Shown: positions 29,481 through 42,714 of the stretch, piece after piece
How the letters are laid out: every line of letters starts with the position of its first letter
How positions within the stretch are numbered: position 1 is the stretch's first letter
Assembly (NCBI RefSeq): GCF_009914755.1
Contig: NC_060932.1
Source of the DNA: the human T2T-CHM13v2.0 reference genome, Homo sapiens
Length of the DNA stretch: 64,000 nt
Strand: one strand, 5' to 3'
The notes under the pieces: model-generated
What the model was told of the DNA's origin: nothing
What the model saw: only the letters and a program-made list of their open reading frames with translations
Databases searched by the model: none
Translations under genes and position numbers: made by a program

Positions 29481-31709
29481 TCTGCCCTGTGGTCCATGGG
29501 GTTCCTTCCTGCTTCAATAGTCCATGATTTCAAGACTATTTACAGTGACTGCAAAGAGAGCAAAATTATAAATAGTTCATATAATGTCTTAAAAAGGGTG
29601 TTTCCAGCTTGGATAGAGACTCTGCCCACACTAGCAAACTGGCAATGCCTCTATCTCTGTTCCAAGCAGCCCTGTGCTACTGCATCATCCTGCAGTCACC
29701 TCTGAGAGTTCAGAGCAAGGGACCTCAGCCTCCTGTGCCCCTCTGTGCCCTGCTCTATGGAAATTTCCTGTGAGCTGGGCCTGCCATACCCTGAGTCACC
29801 TGAGTTTAGCCTGTCGTCACCTCCCATTTGGACTGACTTCACTTCTGTTTTCATGTTTTTAATAGTAATGCGCTACCTTAATTATATATTCTACAGTTAA
29901 AACTTTTCATTCATTAGATTAGTTTTTCTCTACAATTCCCAATTAATCTGACCTACTGAGGCTTTACTATGTCTAACTATAATAAGACATGTGGCTACAC
30001 ATTAAATTAGCACAAATCTTCTCATTGTGATAGAAAAATTACTGCACTTCTTAGCCACAGTCTTATTTATACTTCTGTTATCAGCTGTAATTTGTAAGTT
30101 TAAAACAAACTCATCGCCATCATTCGTATCACAAATACCATGTTGGATTCTTACTTGATTTAAAATATTTAATTTCAACTGATACTTTGCATATTTTGAG
30201 GTAGCTTATACAATTAAATAATGTAAAACAGGATAATCAAGTATAAAATTAGAACAGAGGCTGTCTATAGCAATAGATGAAGAAAAATCACTTGACTCTT
30301 CAAATATGATTATAATGTTTAATAACAGCTAATAAAAGGAACCAACAGCAGATGAGTGCTTACTGTGCCCAGCACTGCTACTTCACATGAACTATATCAT
30401 TGTTTCATAACAGCGCGCAAAGGAAACACTCTCATGTCTGATCAATGAAAACATATACATTATTAGATTATTAGAGAACAACTTTTTCCAGAATTAAATT
30501 AAAGAGACACTTTCATTACGCATATACTTTGTTAAAGCACATTAGATAACATGTGAAAACCTGTTTTTTCAATTATGAGTTTGCAAAAGCTGACAACAGT
30601 ATTGAAAAGAGTTTTTGACCTATAAAAGCTTAGGCCGTACCATAAAATTGTAATTTAGCAGAATATTGAATTTATCGTCAAAGGCTGAATAATTTTCTTT
30701 TAGATAATCTGCATTAAAATAAGGAAGGAATTGAGTGAATGTCGAGTAGAGAGTTAGCATGCCCATTTAGATACTCTCTTCAACACCAGGACTTAAGTCA
30801 ACCATTGTGAGGTTCCAGGTCACAGTTACATCAAGATCAATTTCTTCAGGCAGGTGTTCTTGCTTCTGTGGTTAACCTAGTACCATATATTTGATGTTAC
30901 AAATGTGTAGAAAGCAAAGAGATATTTTTGTTTGGTTGCTTAAGAAGCCAGTTCTTATTTTCTCCTAGGCAGAGGTCCTATGTGCAACAAGGGCAGGGAC
31001 AGTGGGAATACATGTAGGAACAGTAGTGGTTTTCCCAAAGAAAAGCTTCCCACACACTTGCACAAGTACTTGGCACAGATCCTAGAATACTGTACCATAC
31101 AGCCTGAAGGAATTCATCTTAGCGTGAAACAATCTTAAAGGCATTTGTTACCAACAGACCATTTTGTCCAAGAAAGAAGTATATCCTGACTAGCTGGACA
31201 GAATAAAATTAACTATAAAAAGCATTTCCTTATCTATTCGAAAGAACTGATGCATTGTGTGTGGAGTAACTTAAAATTGATGATGTTAATTGAAATATAA
31301 TTAATTTGGGAAATGCCTTTCAGTTCAATGAATTTGCTTTTAGACTTAATGTTTGATACCTATTTGCATTTCCTGAAAGTAACTACGAAGTGGGTTGATT
31401 TTATATGATAATTAATGCACGTCACCAGAATTTTTTTAAAAAAGAAGTATATTCTCCTGTAACGTATGTGCATGGGGGAGAGGGCTAAGTCAGGTATTCA
31501 CTGTATTTATTAGATATACCAAGTTGCTTGACGTAAAATTAATAAGACAGCGAATTAAGACACAACCATGGTTAACATTATTTATATGGGCATTTAGATG
31601 TATATGAGAATACTCTTGTTGATTGTGATTTTAACTTTAATATCAAGGTACAATAGCCTCTAATATCATGACTATCCAAGGTTTTGTATCCATTGGCATT
31701 ATTGTACAC

Positions 31710-31945
31710 AGTAACAATAAAATCTCCAAATAATACTTACTATTTGCTGGGCATTGCATTAAAGCACATAAACTCATTTGATCTTATGTTCCCTAAATGG
31801 GGAAGGTACATCTTTTTATTATTATCCTCGCTTTATGGGAGGAGAAACTGAAGAGCAGAGAAATTAACACAGCTAGTACACAGAGAATACTGGATTCAAA
31901 CCAGGGCAGCCTGACTCTGGAGTCTCTCTGTTCATAACCGATATA
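31710..31945 (-). mobile_element. MIR
   Basis: tattattatcctcgctttatgggaggagaaactgaag...ggattcaaaccagggcagcctgactc. Confidence 0.8.
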
Positions 31946-32365
31946 AAGTATTGCTGCAGTGATAGATTGGTGAATTTCATAAATGGTCTTAAATTGCTTT
32001 GATTTGCTATTTCATGGAGATAAAGTACTCCATAAAACTGATCACAGTGAGAAAATTATGCCTAAAATGCTCTTACTCCTAATAAAATTATTGCTTTTGG
32101 GAAAAATTGTGGTCCTAAAATTTGTTTAAAATTAGTCTGCTATGTTATTTAGAAAAGAAAGTCTAGTAGTCTAGTGGGCCTATTGTTTTACATAAATAAA
32201 ATATTTTTCTTTTGGAAGACAGGACAACTTTTATACTTTTCCCAAGAGAATTAGGCCTCTACAGCTAATTAGAATCCATAATTTTGAAAAATTAGAGTTC
32301 CCTTAAAATAAACTCTTAAGAGATTTCACAATAAGAGACCTTCTCCTGGGGCCATATTTTCTAAT

Positions 32366-32683
32366 TTTTTTTTTTTTTCTTGAGACGGGGTCTCACTTCT
32401 GTCACCCTGGCTGGAGTGCAGTGGTGCAATCTTGTTTCACTCTGCAACCTCGACTTCCCATGCTCAAGCAATCCTTCCACCTCAGCCTCTTGAGTAGCTG
32501 GGACCCAGGTGCACACTACCACGCCTGGCCAATTTTTTGTATTATTATTATTTTTTAAAATTTTAGTAGAGATGGGGTTTCGCCATGTTGCCCAGGCTGG
32601 TCTTGAACTCCTGGGCTCAAGCGATCCATTGGCCTCAGCCTCCCAAAATGCTGGGTTAGAGGCATGAGCCACCATGCCCGGCC
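32366..32683 (-). mobile_element. AluJ
   Basis: Full dimer with gaactcctgggctcaagcgatcc. TSD CATATTTTC(T/C)AAT. Confidence 0.95.
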
Positions 32684-35600
32684 CATATTTTCCAATATTA
32701 GAGATTAATCAGACATTTTAGGGTAGATGGAGTTCCAGGCTCCCAGGTGGGCCAATTTCTGGAACTTACAAAATGCAGAGACCATGATGGCTGAGGAAAG
32801 TGACTTGTCCAGTCATTGATAAGAAGATAGAGACAAACACTTCCAGATTCCTTTCACAAAAGTCATGCAATATCTCAGAACCTGCACTTAGTTTCTCCTC
32901 ACAGCTGAGCCTCCAAACTCCCAATGGGGTCAATTATAATTATTTGCACTCTAGGAAATTTTTACTAAAATAAATTGTTGGTAAAAGGCTATTGTGGCAA
33001 TATCAAATAAAATATACATTTCCTAGGCTTTAGACAGTTAGTATTATACCAAAATATACACTGGCAAATTCTTTTATTCCCCTCTCTCAAGTAATGATGT
33101 AATAAAGTTGATCTAAGTCAATCTATGATATAAAGAAAAAAATGATCCCAAAAGACAGATGAGTTAAGTACTATCAAATCAAGTAGAGTAGATTAATTTA
33201 AGAGTTGGAAAATTCTCACTTGATTCAAACTTCATATTTTTGTAATAAACAAGATAATTTAAAATAAAAATTATTAGAAATGTTTTATGCCATCAAAAAT
33301 TTCATTACCAGAGGCACTTTCTGTCTTGTCTATGCTCAACTCCCAGATGATTATATATGGATGTAAGTTTTGAGAGTCAGGTTAAGGCATTCTGATAGTC
33401 TAAGAGTCCAGAGTGATATTTATGAAGCAGAAAGAAAGGCTGTTTCACATGCTGGGAATCAGAGACTGTGCTGTGGTACTGCAAGGAAGCTGCATATTTC
33501 CTTCCATTATTTTATTGGAACAAGATTTATTAATTAATTCATTCAACAATATATAGTGAGTTCCTACGATGTGCTGGGCACTTGACCTAAGATTTTGTGT
33601 TTCGAAATGTCACAGATGTAGAAGAAATTAGTAGATAATAATAAGATAATTAAAAATGTAAATTATTAGATAGTTCTTCTGACATAAAGCAATTTCTTCT
33701 CTGTGTTCAATTGCAAAAAGAATAAAACATATTTGGCTATTTAGTTTTTTTTTTTCTTTTCATCATCCCCAGCATATTTGCTAGTAGGAAAAAATTCCAA
33801 GTATTAATAACTTAGTTTTTAAAATTCATAACTGAAGACAATAAAGTAGCATACCTGAAAAGTTCATAGATGTCATTCTAGTCTCTCTTGTGGAAGGACC
33901 CAGATAAAAGTGCAAATCTGGCTTTTTTTTTCCTACTTTAGTTTTTCATGTCATGGTGATCTTTTGACATGTGTCAAAAAGCCTCTCAGACCTTTACAAA
34001 ATAGGTAGTATTTAAAAGTGCCTCACAGAAAGATTATTGTATGTAAAAGAACTTACTGTTTTTGCATTTATTTAACAAAAATATATTGTGCTTCATTTTA
34101 TGTCAGTGTTATCTTAGGCAAAAAGTGTAAAGCAATGAAAAGGTCTATTTTGGTTTTCAGTGGGCTCACAATTCATTTGTTTATTAACTATGTGCCAGAT
34201 ACCTTTCTAGGTACAATCGAGTTGAAAGTCAGACATGAAAATGAAGTCTCTTGGTATGTAATGATGAAGTGCTGTAATAACAGAAATAAGTAATGTTGAT
34301 GTATTGCAAAATCATAGAGAAAGAAAGCGTCTACATTTGAAATTATCAATGTGACAAAGAAGAAAATGCTCACATTTCCAATTAAGTAGCCCAAACATTG
34401 GGGATAAATTGTTTGTGTCATAGCTCAATTCAGTTTTATTTTGATTAATTTTGGACTTTTGAATCTATATCATAAAGTTCTACTTAGAGTAAGAAAAAAA
34501 GCAATGAAAGCGTCAGCTATTGGCTACTCTATTTTGGTCTCTGACATCAAGAACTTTGTGAGGGTGTGTGTGAATGTATAATGCAATGTCCATGTACTAT
34601 GCTTTACAATTTTTGAAATCAAAGTACTCAATCAGCATTAATTACGAGATATTGTGTTGTAATTTCGGAGTGAATGTACAATGGGCAGTCTTCTAAATTG
34701 TGTGCAATTTTCCTTTTCTTTTGAATTTCCACATGGAGCTTTCCCTATTATACATTAAATTGAGAGGCAGTTAGTTTCACATTCTAGGGATCCAAACATT
34801 AGATTTTTATATTTTCATGTGTTATGTGCAAAGTATGCCTATTTATGGAAAACTTGATCCTTGTCATTCTCTTCATAGCACACATTTTCTTGGTCTCCAG
34901 TAGAAAAAAAAACAAAACTTGAAACTGTTCCTTTTGGTTTTGTAAGTCATATCTAAGGGATTCTAAACCACATTTAATTACACATGACAGAAAAGCTTCA
35001 TGTGCTAATGTTCTTCTGGTTGAACCACCATGAATTCCTGCTAAAATTTTCATAAGCCTTGGAGGCAATTCTCTAGAGTATCCCCCAGAGCATTTCCTGG
35101 ACACCAATGATGCAAGAATTTACCATCCCACTGATGGTTGTCCCAGAGCACCCTGGGATGAATACGCCTGTTCCCCGAAAGCTGCTCATGGACCATGATG
35201 CTACTATAAATGGCTGAAATGTGATGCAGCTTCCCCTACAACTTCCTCCAACTCAGCCTAATGGAGATTAAGATCCATTAAGGGCTCTTTGCTGCATGTG
35301 CAATTTCTATCGATCAGATTGACTCACTTCATTTGAGCCAATGATCCTGTTACAAAAGCTGCCCCCTTCCAGTGTTTTACCGGCACAGGGAAACCTGCAG
35401 ATGCTCTGTACTGTAACAGGCAGTCCAGAGAAGGGCATCAGATTGTGTTTTCCAGACCCTGCTAAACATAATCTGCAGGATGTAATTCTTAAAAGTGTTC
35501 ATGAGTTATTATCATTTATGCTCTTGCTTCAGGTTGAGATAAAGGTTAAGTCTATTTAATTCATTTTAAAAATAAACATTTGATTGTGAATGTCTATGTT

Positions 35601-36039
35601 AACCGCAAAACAAATGTAGTATGAGCAATACTGTGGCTTAGAAATGAGGTTTCCCTGAACTGGAAACCTGTGAGGAAAGCAGCTGCAGAAAGGAAATATT
35701 TGCTTATAATGACAGATTGTTATTAAATTAATAGTTACCTTTGTCTGTAAAAGGAGGTGTTAAATAAGTGCCAGACATTATTGCTTTAGTGGTCAATACT
35801 AAGTGGAATCATGGATTTAGAAAAGATGTAAGAAGTGAACCTTCTAGAAAGAGTTTATGGGAAAGGATAAGAATAGAGAAGTAGTCTGGTCAGAGTCCAT
35901 GTAACAGTGCCTTTATCCTGAGTGAAGTTCTTTGCCTAATTCCATGAATATATTACATGGTGTTAATGGCTCGCATTTGTGAAACAGTTCATATTCTCAA
36001 ATCATTTTTACATAGATGATTAACAAATTCAACTGCCAT

Positions 36040-36240
36040 TTATGGAACACCTATAATGTACTAAAATTTGACACACATTATGGCATTTAATCTCTTTAAC
36101 AACGCTGTAAACTTTGCCTTACCACCATCTCCACTTTTTAGGTAAAACAGTAAAGACACAGAGAAGACACATGACTTGGCCGAAGTCTTGACCTGGAATT
36201 GGTACATCCTGTTTTCAAACTCAAGTCTGATTGCATCTAA
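36040..36240 (-). mobile_element. MIR
   Basis: catttaatctctttaacaac...gacacagaga...tgacttggccgaagtc...ttcaaactcaagtctga. Confidence 0.65.
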
Positions 36241-36243
36241 AGG

Positions 36244-36502
36244 CCTCTTCTCTTCCTCCCTCCTTCCCTCCCTTCCTCCCTTCTGTCTCCCTCCTTTTTT
36301 CCTTCCCTCCTTTCCACCTTCCTTCCTTTTCTCCTCCCCCTCCTCCTTCCCTCTTTTCCCTCCCTCCCCTCTTCCCTCCCTCCCTTCCTTTCTCCCTTCC
36401 CTCTCTCTCTCCTACCTACCTACCTACCTAGTTCCTTCCTTCCTTCCTTCCTTCCTTCCTTCCTTCCTTCCTTCCTTTCTTCCTTCCTTCCTTCCTCCCT
36501 CC
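36244..36502. repeat. Polypyrimidine low-complexity tract with (CCTA)n and (CCTT)n
   Basis: About 260 bp almost entirely C/T. Confidence 0.97.
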
Positions 36503-37385
36503 ACAATGTCTTAACTGGCTGGATTCTCTCAATAGCTTTGATCAATGGGTAAGGTGTTACTATTAACACTAAAGCTCGGTTGAGATAAACAATCAATCCT
36601 AGGTATCACAGTGGATAATGCCAGAATTAGGATTAGAACCCAAGTTGCCTGCCGTACTATCACCTTTTAATGCAATGTCACAATCAAAACTTAAATAGAG
36701 CTGTGGCATGTTTATATATCTTTGTATGTTATTCAGCACTGATGACAGTAAATTTTTAGGTAAAATTCATTACCAGTAACCTGAATTCTGCTTTTAATTC
36801 TATTATTTTTATTGCTATAGCCCTTACCATAATTCTTTGTAATGTAAGAGGCTGTGATATTTATTGAGCTACAACAACGAGTAGAGATAGAACATTGCAT
36901 TAGGCCCAAGTTACATGGAGAAAGTATGGAAAGCCCTTTTACAGATATACTTTTTACTTATTTTGTGGCAGTAAGAATTCCTTGAATTGTTTTTCATGAC
37001 CAGAAAACTCTTGATGTAAAGTTGAGGTGAGCTCTACAAGGTGATAGAGTTTGCATTTATTAAATCTATACCAAAATCACACATTCAGCTTAGGAATCCC
37101 TGTTTTTTGTTTTGTTTTATTTTGTTTGGTTGGATGTGTGTGAATTTTGTTGGACTGCTTTAGAAGTCCAGTAAACTGACTTTGGAAGTCCACTGAATGG
37201 TTCTTTGCTGGAAAAGCAATGATTTCAATTACGTAAAGCTAGACAAGCATATGTTATGTTTTGCACAAATGTGTCTTAGTTTGAAGGTGAACTAGAACTA
37301 CAACAAATGCTTTTTGTTAAAATCAACAAATAGCATTTGATTTTTTTAATCAAAATTGTCTGAAAAACAAAAGAAAAAATGCAGT

Positions 37386-38525
37386 AAGACCTAAAACCAT
37401 AAAAACCCTAAAAGAAAACCTAGGCAATACCATTCAGGACATAGACATGGGCAAAGACTTCATGACTAAAGCACCAAAAGCAATGGCAAGAAAAGCCAAA
37501 ATAGACAAATGGGATCTAATTAAACTAAAGAGCTTCTGCACAGCAAAAGAAACTATCATCAGAGTGAACAGGCAACCTACAGAATGGGAGAAAATCTTTG
37601 CAATCTACCCATCTGACAAAGGGCTAAGACCCAGAATCTGCAAAGAACTTAAACAAATTTACAAGAAAAAATCAAACCCCATCAAAAAGTGGGCAAAGGA
37701 TATGAACAGACACTTCTCAAAAGAAGACATTTATGCAGCCAACAGACATAGGAAAAAATGCTCATCATCACTGGTCATCAGAGAAATGCAAATCAAAACC
37801 ACAATGAGATACCATCTCATGCCGGTTAGAATGGCAATCACTAAAAAGTCAGGAAACAACAAATGCTGGAGAGGATGTAGAGAAATATGAATGCTTTTAC
37901 ACTGTTGGTGGGACTGTAAATTAGTTCAACCATTGTGGAAGGCAGTTTGGCGATTCCTCAAGGATCTAGAACTAGAAATACCATTTGACCCAGCGATCCC
38001 ATTACTGGCTATATACCCAAAGGATTATAAATCATGCTACTATAAAGACACATGCACACGTATGTTTATTGCAGCACTATTCACAATAGCAAAGTCTTGG
38101 AACCAACCCAAATGTCCATCAATGATAGACTGGATTAAGAAATTGTGGCACATATACACCATGGAATACTATGCAGCTATAAAAAAGGATGAGTTCATGT
38201 CCTTTGCAGGGACATGGATGAAGCTGGAAATCATCATTCTCAGCAAACTATCACAAGGACAGAAAACCAAACACTGCATGTTCTCACTCATAGGTGGGAG
38301 TTGAACAATGAGAACACATGGACACAGGGCAGGGAACATCACACACTGGGCCCTTTTGGGGGGGTGGGAGGCTGGGGGAGGGATAGCATTAGGAGAAATA
38401 CCTAACATAAATGACCAGTTGATGATTGCAGCAAACCAACATGGCACATGTGTACCTATGTAACAAACCTGCACGTTCTGCACATGTACCCTAGAACTTA
38501 AAGTGTAATTAAAAAAAAAAAAGCA
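37386..38525 (+). mobile_element. 5'-truncated L1PA (L1PA6/7-like)
   Basis: ORF2 C-terminus 37447-38304 in one frame with a single in-frame stop at 37888-37890. 3'UTR G-run, A tail and TSD AAAAAATGCAGT. Confidence 0.97.
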
Positions 38526-39497
38526 AAAAAATGCAGTTCAGAATATTCTCAAGCAAAAAGTAATGTAGTGATGATCAGGTTCCAAGAGCATCCTTCTGTA
38601 AAATATTCAGAGTGTGCCCAGATTCTAGCTTTTCATAGCTTCTTCATGGTGTTACCTACACTATTGCACACATGGCAAAAAAGTGGTTTAAAAGATGAAG
38701 AGGAATGTAAATCTTGCCTCGTATATTTGAAAAGTTTAGATGCTTTCTTGCAGATGCACGTCTCTTAGTAACAACTGATGGCTAATCGAAACAAGTAATG
38801 CTGTGGCTTGCGAGATAGGCCAATATCAGCAAAGCATTTTTCTGAACAACTGTAGTTGACTGATCTAGACTATGCTAACTTTCTTAGAGCTTTAAAAAAT
38901 GTGCCATTTATATTTACCGACTATCAGCAGAACATATTTTGCTTATTTCCTGTCTGCATAATATTCCAAGATAGTTTCTGGAAGAATATGCATTTTTAAG
39001 ACACTGTATTTAAGCTGCTTAGAACTGCTTCAACTGACCATGTCTCTTTTGTTTGAGAGTGACATCGGGTGATATATACTTTTTTACCTGGTATATGTTG
39101 AGAGAAAAGAAAACCTCAGAATAAAGAAATATCCTTCAGCAATGTCGGATTTATAGGCTTATGCATGTAAATTGTATATGCGTAAATACCACTTCTTTTA
39201 GAAGACCAATACATTAAGGGTAAAAACCTTTTGTCTTCATTGTTCAATTGAACTAGCAAGTTTGTTTTTTTCTTGTCCTTGGATGAAATCCTGTTAGCTT
39301 TTCTGGATTCTTTAGGGTAATAACAAATCTTCTGGTAATTCTAATTTCAAAAGAAGTCTTATTTTAGTAGCAAAATTACCTAGTCTATTGTTATAGTGAC
39401 AACTCAGAACTTTACTGGAGGTTAAAGCTATTTTCCTCCTCCAGATTGAGGTGCTGCAGACTCGGGAAGCTGCAGTGGGGAATGGGCTTGGGCTCGT

Positions 39498-40295
39498 ATA
39501 TTAGTCTGTTTTCATGCTGCTGATAAAGAAATACCCAAGACTGGGCAATTTACAAAGGAAAGAGGTTAAATGGAGAATTCACAGTTCCACTTGGCTGAGG
39601 AAGCCTCACAATCATGGCAGAAGGCTAGGAGGAGCAAGTCACATCTTACGTGGACAGCAGCAGGCAAAGAGAGCTTGTACAGGGCAACTCCTGTTTTTAA
39701 AACCATCAGATCTCCTGAGACCCATTCACTATCACGAGAACAGCACGGGAAACACCCCATTCACTATCACGAGAACAGCACGGGAAACACCGCCCCCATA
39801 ATTCAATAATCTCCCACCAGGTCCCTCCCGCGACACAGAATTATGGGAGCTACAAGATGAGACTTGCGTGGGGACACAGAGCCAAACCATATCATTCCAT
39901 CCCTGGCCCCTCTGAAATCTCATATCTTCACATTTCAAAACTGATCATGCATTCCCAACAGTCCCCTAAAATCTCAACTGATTTCAGCATTAACTCAAAA
40001 ATCCAGAGTCCAAAGTCTCGTCAGAGACAAGGCAAGTCCCTTCCACCTATGAGCCTGTAAAATCAGAAGCAAGTTAGTTATTTCCTAGATAAAATGGGGG
40101 TACAGGCATTGGGTAAATGCAGCCACTCCAAATGGGAGAAATTGGCCAAAACAAAGGGGCTAGAGGCCCCATGCGAGTCTGAAATTCATCAGGTCAGTCA
40201 AATCTTAAAGCTTCAAAATGATCTCCCCTGACTCTGTGTCTCATACCCAGGTCATGCTGATGCAAGAGGTGGGTTCCCATGTTCTTGGGCAGCTG
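39498..40295 (-). mobile_element. THE1B-like 3' LTR (39498-39893) plus about 400 bp of internal region, truncated
   Basis: LTR ends aaaccatatca, followed by the PPT complement ttccatccctggcccc and THE1-int sequence that stops at cttgggcagct. Confidence 0.92.
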
Positions 40296-40859
40296 GGGTC
40301 TTCTCAGATTCTCTGCCTGGCACTCCTTTTCACCCTACTATGAACTCCTTTCAGGATTGATTCTGTTTCTTCTAGGGTTGGAGCCAGAGGAGAGAGTCAA
40401 GACAGACCCTGGGAGGCCTTACTTGGCCTGCACTGTTGTGATCTAGAGTTTATGTTTTCTCATCTTGGTGAATGCTTAAATGGGCAAAGTATGGGGACAC
40501 ACACTTTCTCATATAGATCGCTTTGTGGGATCCTCAGAAATACTCCAACTGCACAGGTACTTCTTGGTCTTTTAATTCAAGACTTTAAAACCCTTAAGGG
40601 GATTATGTGCAGAATCACTCCAGAAGGCATGCCTTTACCAGTTCAGAATAGTTATTCTAGATCCCACTTTGTCATGAAGGGGGTCCTTAGCATCTACCAT
40701 TCTGTGCCCAATCTTTTGAGCCAAAACTGAGAGAAAAAGTATTATTTTAATATTCTGCTATATACAAAAAAAAATAATAAGCTAAGCAGCCTGGTGCACT
40801 GGAGAGAACACTGACATGAGCATCATAGCAGGGCTCTGCCTGCCTCTGTGCTCTTTAAT

Positions 40860-41000
40860 CCTCCCAGGTACACTGTTAAGTACTTCCTTCCTTCATCTCT
40901 ACCATACAGACAAGGAAACAAGGCTGAAAGAAGGGACATAAACTTCTCATGGTCCAACAGCTAGTTAATAGGGGTGGATTAGGAACCACTGTAGCAGTGT
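40860..41000 (-). mobile_element. MIR fragment
   Basis: catacagacaaggaaacaaggctga...ggtccaacagctagttaatagg. Confidence 0.6.
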
Positions 41001-41069
41001 TGAGTGGGAAAATATAAAATATTTGAGAAATAAAAGGTGGGAAAATATAAAATATTTGAGAAATAAAAG

Positions 41070-41168
41070 ATCTTGGGTCCCACCCCAGGCCTATTGACCC
41101 AGAAACTCTGGGGAGAGGCCTGAAATCTTTAACAAGCCCTGATGCACAATGCTCAAGTTTGATAACCA
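41070..41168. mobile_element. MER5A-like half element
   Basis: gggtcccaccccagg...cagaaactctgggg...tttaacaagccc...caagtttgataacc. Confidence 0.7.
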
Positions 41169-41226
41169 AAGGAGTACAGGATAGCCAGGGAAAACAATTC
41201 TAATTTTTGCTTTGGCATTGATTATA

Positions 41227-41949
41227 CAGCAGACCTCCTTTATCTGCAAGGGATACATCCCAAGACCCCCAAGTGGATGCCTGAAACCTTGGATAGTACT
41301 GAACTCAACTGCTCTCGGTTGAAACATGCTCTTGTTCATGTCTTCTACCCTCAAATTTAATTCCTTTTCCATCTTAATTAAGTACTTATAATGTACTGTG
41401 GCTGTAATTTTTGCAGTATGGGATGCAGCAGGGAAACTAGCATAAATTTCTTTTTCCTTCACAATTTCATAAATAGATTTGCTCTTACCACAGATCTCAA
41501 CAACTTCACTATACATTTTTTAAAAATAAGTTGAGAACTTTCAACTTTCCACTTGAGGGAGACACTTCATGCCTTCTCTTTGGCATATCTGAATTGCTAG
41601 CTTCACTACTTTTGCACTCTAGCTAGGGCCATTAAGGATAAAATAAAGGAGATTTAAACACAAGCACTGTTATATGATGATAGTCAATCTGATAACTGAG
41701 ATGCTACTAAGTGACTAATGGGTGGGTAGCTTACAGAGCATGCAGAAGCTGGAGAAAGTAATGATTTGCATCTTGGGTGTGACTAAAGAAGATGGTGCAA
41801 CATTTCATCATGCTACTCAGAGTGGCACTGAATTTAAAATTTATGAATTGTTTATTTCTGGAATTTTCCATTTAGTATTTTCAGACTGTTGTTTACCATG
41901 GGTAGCTGAAACTATGGAAAGTGAAACCATGGATAAGGGAGAACTACTG
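41227..41949 (-). mobile_element. MER44/Tigger7 deletion derivative (TcMar-Tigger DNA transposon)
   Basis: TIRs cagcagacctcctttatc / gataagggagaactactg flanked by TA. Minus-strand ORF piece YSEVVEICGKSKSIYEIVKEKEIYASF...KMEKELNLRVEDMNK resembles the Tigger N-terminal HTH region. Confidence 0.88.
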
Positions 41950-42347
41950 TATACTGATAAATACATAAGTTGTCTCAAGCCTGTTTTTTGGGCAGCTGTC
42001 TATTATTGAGAGCAGATCAGGTGAAGAGCACCTTCTCTTACCATGAAGCAAAGCTAAGTTAGAAGGATACATCAACCCAGCTCTAATGACCAGACTGTAC
42101 TTGGCTCTACTCTGAAATGGTAACATAAACTAATTGGGCTTTGGGTTCTTTCTTGGAAGTAAAACTTCAAACCTATTCTCTCTCAAGACTTCTGAAATGT
42201 TGGATGAGAAAAATATTTATGGAGGTTTTTTCTCGAGAAAACCATTTGTTTATTTTTTTAGATACTCGAAAATTTATTCTGGGATGAAATTAAATAATCA
42301 TGTAAGTGGACATGCTTGTATTAAACTGTATCTTGGCATTATGCCAT

Positions 42348-42714
42348 TGGTATGGTTTGAATGTGTTTCACAAAATTCACGTGTTGGAAACTTGATCCCC
42401 AGTACAGTGGTGTTGGGAGGTGAGGCCTCATGGGAAGATGTTTGTGTTATGGGGATACCAGCCTCATGAATAAATTCATGCTGTTATCATGGGAGTGGGT
42501 TCCTTAGAAAAGAATGAGTTTGGCACCTCTTGTCTTCTTTTGCCTTTTTGCCTTCCATGAGATGAGATGACTTGACAGGAAGGCCCTCACCAGGTGCTAG
42601 AGATTTAATCTTGGACTTCCTAGCATCTAGAACTGTGAGGAAATAAATTTCTGTTCTTTTTAAATTGCCTAATCTGTAATATTCTGTTATAGCAGCACAC
42701 AGAAGACTAAGACA
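42348..42714 (+). mobile_element. MST/MLT1A-type MaLR solo LTR
   Basis: tggtatggtttgaatgtg...gactaagaca, with TSD GCCAT on both sides. Confidence 0.9.

Noticed and set aside
39580-39610. PRDM9 hotspot motif CCTCCCTNNCCAC in THE1 LTRs
   Set aside because: The equivalent position is degenerate in all four THE1 LTR segments (for example ccacttggctgaggaagcc).
41091-41516. Domesticated Tigger/CENP-B-like gene
   Set aside because: Only a short N-terminal transposase piece inside a TIR-bounded non-autonomous element.
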